A stretch of DNA of 64,000 nt. Origin: Paramoeba atlantica (lineage: Eukaryota > Protista > Discosea). The translations under genes and the position numbers were made by a program. The notes under the pieces were generated by a model that was given only the letters and a program-made list of their open reading frames with translations, was not told the origin of the DNA and ran no database searches. Positions within the stretch are counted from its first letter, which is position 1; every line of letters starts with the position of its first letter. The DNA is taken from positions 186,001-250,000 of the forward strand of contig CDRNVI010000006.1 in NCBI GenBank assembly GCA_977017575.1, read 5' to 3'. Below are positions 61,831-64,000 of this stretch, one piece after another.

Positions 61831-62948
61831 ATAAACGCAACCTGGCGGCCTCACTACAAAGGGAAAGCGATCAGGAGTGCCTTCAAGGCCCACACCCAAC
61901 CCCGCTCCCCTGGAGGACCGACCCGGAACCGCAGAGCTGAACCAGGCTCCAGCGCAGCCGCTAAATTGCGAGCTGCTTACGCAAAGAAGGCTTGAGACAC
62001 AGCCTACACGATGCAACGGGGTTGGACGCCCGTCCTGGTAGCTACGGTTGGGGAGCCGTGCTCGGGCCGCAAGGCGTCGAGTGCCGTCTGGGAAGGGGGT
62101 AGCAAGACGATGAAGGTCGGTGACCTGAGACTCTACCCTAACGGTTGGCGCTGCAGAGCCCTCCGTGTTCTTCTTCTTCTTCTTCTGATCGCATGGTTGA
62201 TGATACACAACGACAAGTTGTGGAGAACTATTGGCGAAGTTCTGTTTCTCAAAAATACGTTTAGACAAGCATTAAACCGGATTCACTTTTCCGAAACACA
62301 CACGGAACGCGAATTTGGTCACATGTTGCACATAGAAAACAAGAAGAGACATCTTTTTGACGACCTACTTGAGGGTATGGTGCGAGTCCTTCTTAATGAT
62401 CCGTAGAACCGAAACCGACACAAGGCGCGCAAAGGAACACGAGGAAGACACTCATTTCCTTCGGAATACAACACCTTATCGGTGAATTGGAGCAAATTGT
62501 TTTTGGGAAAAGAACGGAAAGTAGCCCACAAGGAGGAGACAATTCATTTGTCTAATGGAATTACACTTCGCTGGTATTTCCTTGGACAATCTAAAAGTAG
62601 GAAGTAGGGCGGTAGTGCAGAACGAGGATATCCGCATCGTTCACACAGACTTTCGAGAAAAAGAGAAACTCTTTAGCTACGTTAGACAGGCAGTGAGAGC
62701 CAACCAAAAACTGTTTCTGCATTTTCAGCAGTGGGCTTTAAAATTCTCAAGCAATGGCCATAACATTGAGTCGTATAATTATTTGCCTTTGTAATACCGT
62801 GATTTTAAAATAGTACACCTCTTTTGAATCTTACCTTCGTTTTTGATTTTTTTTTCGTTTACAGGGGTTTTTTTCTATGCTTTCCTATCATTTCCTTGTT
62901 TTTTTCCTTTTTAAACGAATTTTATTAACGTGGTTAAACCTGGAATAT

Positions 62949-63734
62949 CAGAGGGGGGGCCACCGCCAATGCGACACTATTCTGCCATATTCTACCGATC
63001 GCAGGGGTTTCGTCCTTTTGAGGCGTACTTTATTTTTGGAACCTGCCCCGCGACGCGAAGCGGCGCGCTTTTTTTGTGTGAAAAGCTTTTTTTTGATTTG
63101 GTGGTTATATACCCCTCCAGTAATAAAATCGATTTTGGATCAAAATGGGTTAAATCCTTGTTACTGGGGGGGTATACTTTTTGGGAGAGAAAGGAGCTTT
63201 TTTGTTCATGAGTGCGTTGCTTTTCAGTCCATCCAACCCCGCAACCACGCCATTCGCTCCCTTACAACCGCCCTCACCCCGCCCAAACACCCCTTGTTTG
63301 GGCACACTCCCTTTGTGCGTGTTTTCTTTGCCGCGAAAAACTGCGTCTTCAAGTGCTGCGTGCGGAATATTGTACTTCACCTTCCAGTTCACAATGTCGA
63401 AATGGGCCTCCGAATCTAGTGCCTGCGTACTGAAATGCAGTGTAGGATTATCTCTCCTTCTCTCGGCAAGTTTCTCATCACGCCACACTTCAAACGTCTT
63501 CGAGTGTTTTTTTAAGTGCTGTAAAGCCGCTTGATAGGATGATGACATGCCCCGAGCAATCTTAAATGTTTTTCCCTGACCTTCCCGACAGAGCTTGCAG
63601 ATGTACTCAAGTAAAGGTGTCGGAGAACTTCCACCATCGGGGTCAGTACTACAGTGCCGTTCCAGCCATATTGCAACAAACATTTCGCTCTTAGGAAAGG
63701 TCCTCAGGTGAAATAAGTGGTGGAAAAGCATCAT
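62949..63734 (-). pseudogene. Second hAT remnant (BED-finger N-terminus)
   Basis: YICKLC..HLKKH..RRDNPTLH..IVNWK..IPHAALEDAVFR is colinear with the 29.9-kb copy; putative end CAGAGGGGGGGC at 62949. Confidence 0.7.
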
Positions 63735-63826
63735 TTAGGGACAGGACTTTAGTGCAAAATTAGTTTGTTGAAACAGTTTTAAGATTTTTCAATTTGCTTT
63801 TGAGTCAAAATGTTGGGCGGGAAGTA

Positions 63827-64000
63827 CTGTGCCCCCCCTAGTTATCTGTCACACGTCAACCCCCCTAGTTATCTGTCACTTTTTGGCACTTCGAATTTTT
63901 TTCCGTCGACTACCCCCCCTAGTTATCTGTCACTTTTTAAAAATAGGTAAAACGCTTTTTTCCGAAAAAAATCATGAAATGAAACTCTGCAAAGTGTTCC
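63827..64000 (+). mobile_element. End of a TA-targeting element running off the window edge
   Basis: TA|CTGTGCCCCCCC (same end as the minus strand at 37241) followed by three CCCCCTAGTTATCTGTCAC repeats. Confidence 0.55.

Noticed and set aside
61830-62530. GWGAVLG motif suggesting retroelement RNase H
   Set aside because: The motif is isolated among multiple stops, with no RT or other supporting motifs.
62555-62794. 79-aa + strand ORF
   Set aside because: It is short, lies within TE debris, and has no recognisable family; not supportable as a gene.
1-64000. tRNA or rRNA genes
   Set aside because: No cloverleaf/T-loop or rRNA-like segment was recognised by eye; a tRNAscan-SE/Infernal run would be needed to exclude them formally.

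Overview
Intronless eukaryotic DNA from a kinetoplastid (Euglenozoa). Diagnostic genes include a KKT10/19-type CLK kinase, a TUT4-type uridylyltransferase, an MRP/gBP guide-RNA-binding protein, a trypanosomatid-type eRF1 and a mitochondrial bacterial-type topoisomerase IA. The divergent, compact genes suggest a Perkinsela-like (prokinetoplastid) organism, but this is inference. About 29 host genes and a box C/D snoRNA cluster all lie on the + strand, as one polycistronic unit. Two islands (about 29.9-42.1 kb and 60.9-64 kb) are packed with class II transposon debris: Tc1 DD34E/DD35E, hAT with BED finger, Harbinger/ISL2EU-like, pogo-like and MITEs. Most striking is a young 2,689-bp palindromic Tc1 element (22773-25461) whose 1,297-bp arms each carry a complete, identical DD34E transposase. 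The two copies diverge from a 95-bp spacer that gives both strands an AG-free pyrimidine-rich leader, so one copy would be sense to host polycistronic transcription whichever way it inserts. Also found: an eL41 gene and a C/D snoRNA array missed by the ORF track, a catalytically dead DEAH helicase, a D-Ala-D-Ala-ligase-like ATP-grasp enzyme, and recurrent C-rich-to-G-rich skew-switch islands that override synonymous codon choice inside genes. All family assignments are by motif recognition from memory; no searches were run.
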